Part shown: piece after piece, positions 63,465 to 64,000 of the stretch
How positions within the stretch are numbered: the stretch's first letter is position 1
Layout: the number at the start of each line of letters is the position of its first letter
From: an uncultured Actinomycetes bacterium
GTDB lineage: Bacteria > SZUA-79 > Acidulodesulfobacterales > Acidulodesulfobacteraceae
Reading direction: 5' to 3'
Assembly (NCBI GenBank): GCA_964631685.1
Contig: CAZVZU010000005.1
Location: 1 to 64,000, forward strand
DNA length: 64,000 bases
The notes under the pieces: model-generated
The model's input: the letters and a program-made list of their open reading frames with translations, nothing else
Database searches by the model: none
Told to the model about the DNA's origin: nothing
Program-made: the position numbers and the translations under genes

Positions 63465-64000
63465 ATGGACGACATCAATCATTTTGACATTCTAATCATA
63501 GGTTCCGGCATAGCGGGTTTGTCTCTTGCTAATAGATATGACGAGAGTGTTTCCGTTGGCATATTTACAAAGAAGGAAGAGGCGGAATCTAATACCAATT
63601 ATGCGCAGGGTGGGCTTGCAGCCGTTACGAACTTAACCAAAGACTCTTACGAAAAGCATGTTAAAGATACGCTAGTTGCAGGGAGCGGCCTCTGTAATGA
63701 GGATGTCGTCAGAATGGTAGTCGAAGAGGGGCCGGAGGTTGTGCGTGACCTGTTGAGTTGGGGGGTTAAATTTGCAAAACACTCAGATAACGACAAAGAA
63801 TTTGATCTGGGAAGAGAAGGCGGACACTCTGAAAGAAGAGTTTTACACGCGGGCGATATTACAGGAAGAGAAATAGAAAGGGCACTAATAGATACATCAA
63901 GAAAGAAGCCTAATATAAAGATATTCGAAAACCATATAGGGATTGATTTAATAACCACACATAAGCTTAAAATAGAGAAAGAAAATAAAAATAGGATTTT
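63465..64000 (+). CDS. nadB: L-aspartate oxidase (runs off the window end; absent from the ORF track)
   Basis: Manual translation MDDINHFDILIIGSGIAGL...SNTNYAQGGLAAV...HVKDTLVAGSGLC...LGREGGHSERRVLHAGDITG. Confidence 0.92.
   Translation, partial: MDDINHFDILIIGSGIAGLSLANRYDESVSVGIFTKKEEAESNTNYAQGGLAAVTNLTKDSYEKHVKDTLVAGSGLCNEDVVRMVVEEGPEVVRDLLSWGVKFAKHSDNDKEFDLGREGGHSERRVLHAGDITGREIERALIDTSRKKPNIKIFENHIGIDLITTHKLKIEKENKNRI

Noticed and set aside
5636..63958. Many short antisense or nested ORFs (e.g. 15504-16115, 9744-10139, 47204-47575, 46568-46765, 63647-63958)
   Set aside because: They are shadow frames of well-supported genes or tRNAs with no recognisable motifs.

Overview
AT-rich bacterial chromosomal window with deltaproteobacteria-like gene order. 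Exported proteins are very basic and poor in Asp/Glu, which suggests an acidophile; a lineage such as Ca. Acidulodesulfobacterales would fit, but this is inference only. It starts inside a 23S rRNA followed by 5S rRNA. Most of the rest is housekeeping: pilD, uvrBC, def-fmt, iorAB-paaK, scpB, htpX-rpe, aroB-xerD-glnD, efp-accBC-gcvH, bioD-dapL-folK, speD, ahbAB, purBSQLF, pyrE and a partial nadB, plus four tRNAs (Met, Pro, Gly, Val). Features missed or mis-called by the ORF track: (1) a protein-disulfide oxidoreductase with an in-frame TGA at the catalytic Cys (UPHC) and a SECIS-like hairpin, a probable selenoprotein at 20618-21268 (-); (2) the SRP 4.5S RNA lying under the false N-terminus of iorA; (3) a decayed island after tRNA-Pro. 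The best candidate for an uncharacterised system is a 7-gene synthase-type exopolysaccharide locus beside tRNA-Met: YaiO-like barrel, membrane protein, processive GT2, membrane-anchored bactofilin-like beta-helix, deacetylase-like protein, glycoside-hydrolase-like protein and WecB. Also notable are an ODP/soluble-chemoreceptor pair, an orphan encapsulated-ferritin-type protein, a tRNA-Val with C33 and frequent loop insertions in core enzymes. No CRISPR array, transposase or intact prophage was seen.
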